Below, one piece after another: positions 63,157 through 64,000 of a stretch of 64,000 nt of DNA. The stretch is from an uncultured Gemmatimonadales bacterium (GTDB taxonomy: Bacteria > Gemmatimonadota > Gemmatimonadetes > Gemmatimonadales > GWC2-71-9): NCBI GenBank assembly GCA_963846945.1, contig CAWJXX010000014.1, forward strand, positions 67,614 through 131,613. Reading direction: 5' to 3'. The translations under genes and the position numbers were made by a program. A model generated the notes under the pieces. That model searched no databases and had not been told where the DNA came from. It was given only the letters and a program-made list of their open reading frames with translations. Positions within the stretch are counted from its first letter, which is position 1. Every line of letters begins with the position of its first letter.

Positions 63157-63789
63157 CTACTGCTTCGGGGCGGCGGTCTTCGCCGTGTAGATGGAGTCCA
63201 GGATCTGGCGGAACACCGCCACGGGCTGGGCGCCGGGCAGGATCCCTCCCTCGATGTAGAAACTGGGCGTACTGTTCGCCCCCGATTGCGACGCGCCCTT
63301 CGCATCCATCGCCACCTCGTCGAGGGCGGCGCGATCGACCAGGCACTTCTGGAACACTTCGCGGGACATCGAGACTGAATCGGCCAGCGTAATGAAGTAG
63401 GCACCGGGTTCCTTGAGGGGAGCCCAGGTCGGCTGGGTGCGGAAGAGCACGTCGTGCACCTCCCAGAACTTGCCCTGGCGCGCCGCACACAGCGCCACCT
63501 CCGCCGCCGCGGCCGCGTTCGGATGGATCGCGGTGAGGGGAAAGTTGATGAATACCCAGCGGACTTTCCCGGTGGCGATGTACTCCTTCTCCAGGTCCGG
63601 AAGCGTGTTGAGGGTGAAGTTCCGGCAGTACGGACACTGGAAGTCCGACATCTCGTAGACGGTGATCGGCGCCGTGGCGGACCCGCGCGTACGCGGGGCG
63701 AGGCTCGCCGCATCCTGCGCCGCCACGGCATGGAAGGGGAGCATCAGAGTCACGAACGGAAGGGCGCAACGAAGCAGGGACCGCATCAT
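63157..63789 (-). CDS. exported DsbA-like thioredoxin-fold protein
   Basis: Signal peptide MMRSLLRCALPFVTLMLPFHAVAAQ. Active site FQCPYC. TPSFYIEGG. Confidence 0.85.
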   Translation of the reverse strand: MMRSLLRCALPFVTLMLPFHAVAAQDAASLAPRTRGSATAPITVYEMSDFQCPYCRNFTLNTLPDLEKEYIATGKVRWVFINFPLTAIHPNAAAAAEVALCAARQGKFWEVHDVLFRTQPTWAPLKEPGAYFITLADSVSMSREVFQKCLVDRAALDEVAMDAKGASQSGANSTPSFYIEGGILPGAQPVAVFRQILDSIYTAKTAAPKQ

Positions 63790-63798
63790 GGTGTCGGC

Positions 63799-64000
63799 TC
63801 AGTAGCGAGGGCGATGCCGGGCATTGTCCGGCGTGAGGGTGATACTGTCGCCCTGCACCGGCAGGTTCCAGTACCACTCGGCGTTGGGGTCGGCCACGTC
63901 CCAGGAGCGAGCATAGAGCCACCACCGTCCACGGCGGAGCACCAGGGTGGCCGTTCCCTGGGCCGATGTCGTGTCGGTCACTGCCCTTCGGCCTGACTGG
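63799..64000 (-). CDS. possible 3' end of a gene running off the window
   Basis: The frame of track ORF 63799..63981 stays open to the window edge. No motif recognised. Confidence 0.3.
   Translation of the reverse strand, partial: QSGRRAVTDTTSAQGTATLVLRRGRWWLYARSWDVADPNAEWYWNLPVQGDSITLTPDNARHRPRY

Overview
GC-rich bacterial chromosomal segment. The gene content suggests a diderm of the FCB-superphylum / Gemmatimonadota type: a kdp operon with an embedded porin, a Bat-like MoxR-VWA operon, and a short ATP-synthase epsilon. This placement is inference only. I call about 60 protein genes, 7 tRNAs, several hairpin terminators and two candidate operators.

Main blocks:
- 589-5222: envelope cluster of unknown function.
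- 5222-23775: mixed metabolic, regulatory and exported genes, including a TPR/HD-GYP protein, an ArsR-SRPBCC pair, a CHAD protein, an NPP-type phosphodiesterase and a redoxin pair.
- 23896-33101: kdpFABC-porin-kdpDE.
- 33177-38709: MoxR-DUF58-DUF4381-VWA-VWA/TPR operon.
- 41724-42498: six-tRNA array.
- 42566-47652: rpoD, mlaEFD, NUDIX, and a regulator.
- 47779-51999: atpAGDC, followed by three beta-barrel genes.
- 54424-63789: waaA and an envelope/protease neighbourhood.

I found no CRISPR array, transposase, integrase, phage gene or recognisable defence system, so I cannot point to one clear-cut novel system.

The most striking sequence-level property is the number of reading-frame breaks. 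By manual count there are about 55 inside otherwise well-conserved genes, and kdpA alone needs about 13. Genes affected are therefore reported as full spans and flagged as frameshifted as assembled.

Best candidates for follow-up:
- the kdpA indel hot-spot;
- the unknown-function envelope cluster at 589-5222;
- a perfect CRP-type palindrome in front of a split atpAGDC operon;
- the beta-barrel trio (including a Bor-barrel fusion) attached to the atp operon;
- a Vps62-motif/beta-barrel protein;
- a structured, terminator-capped intergenic region upstream of waaA.

All family assignments come from motif reading. No searches were run. Frameshift coordinates are approximate.
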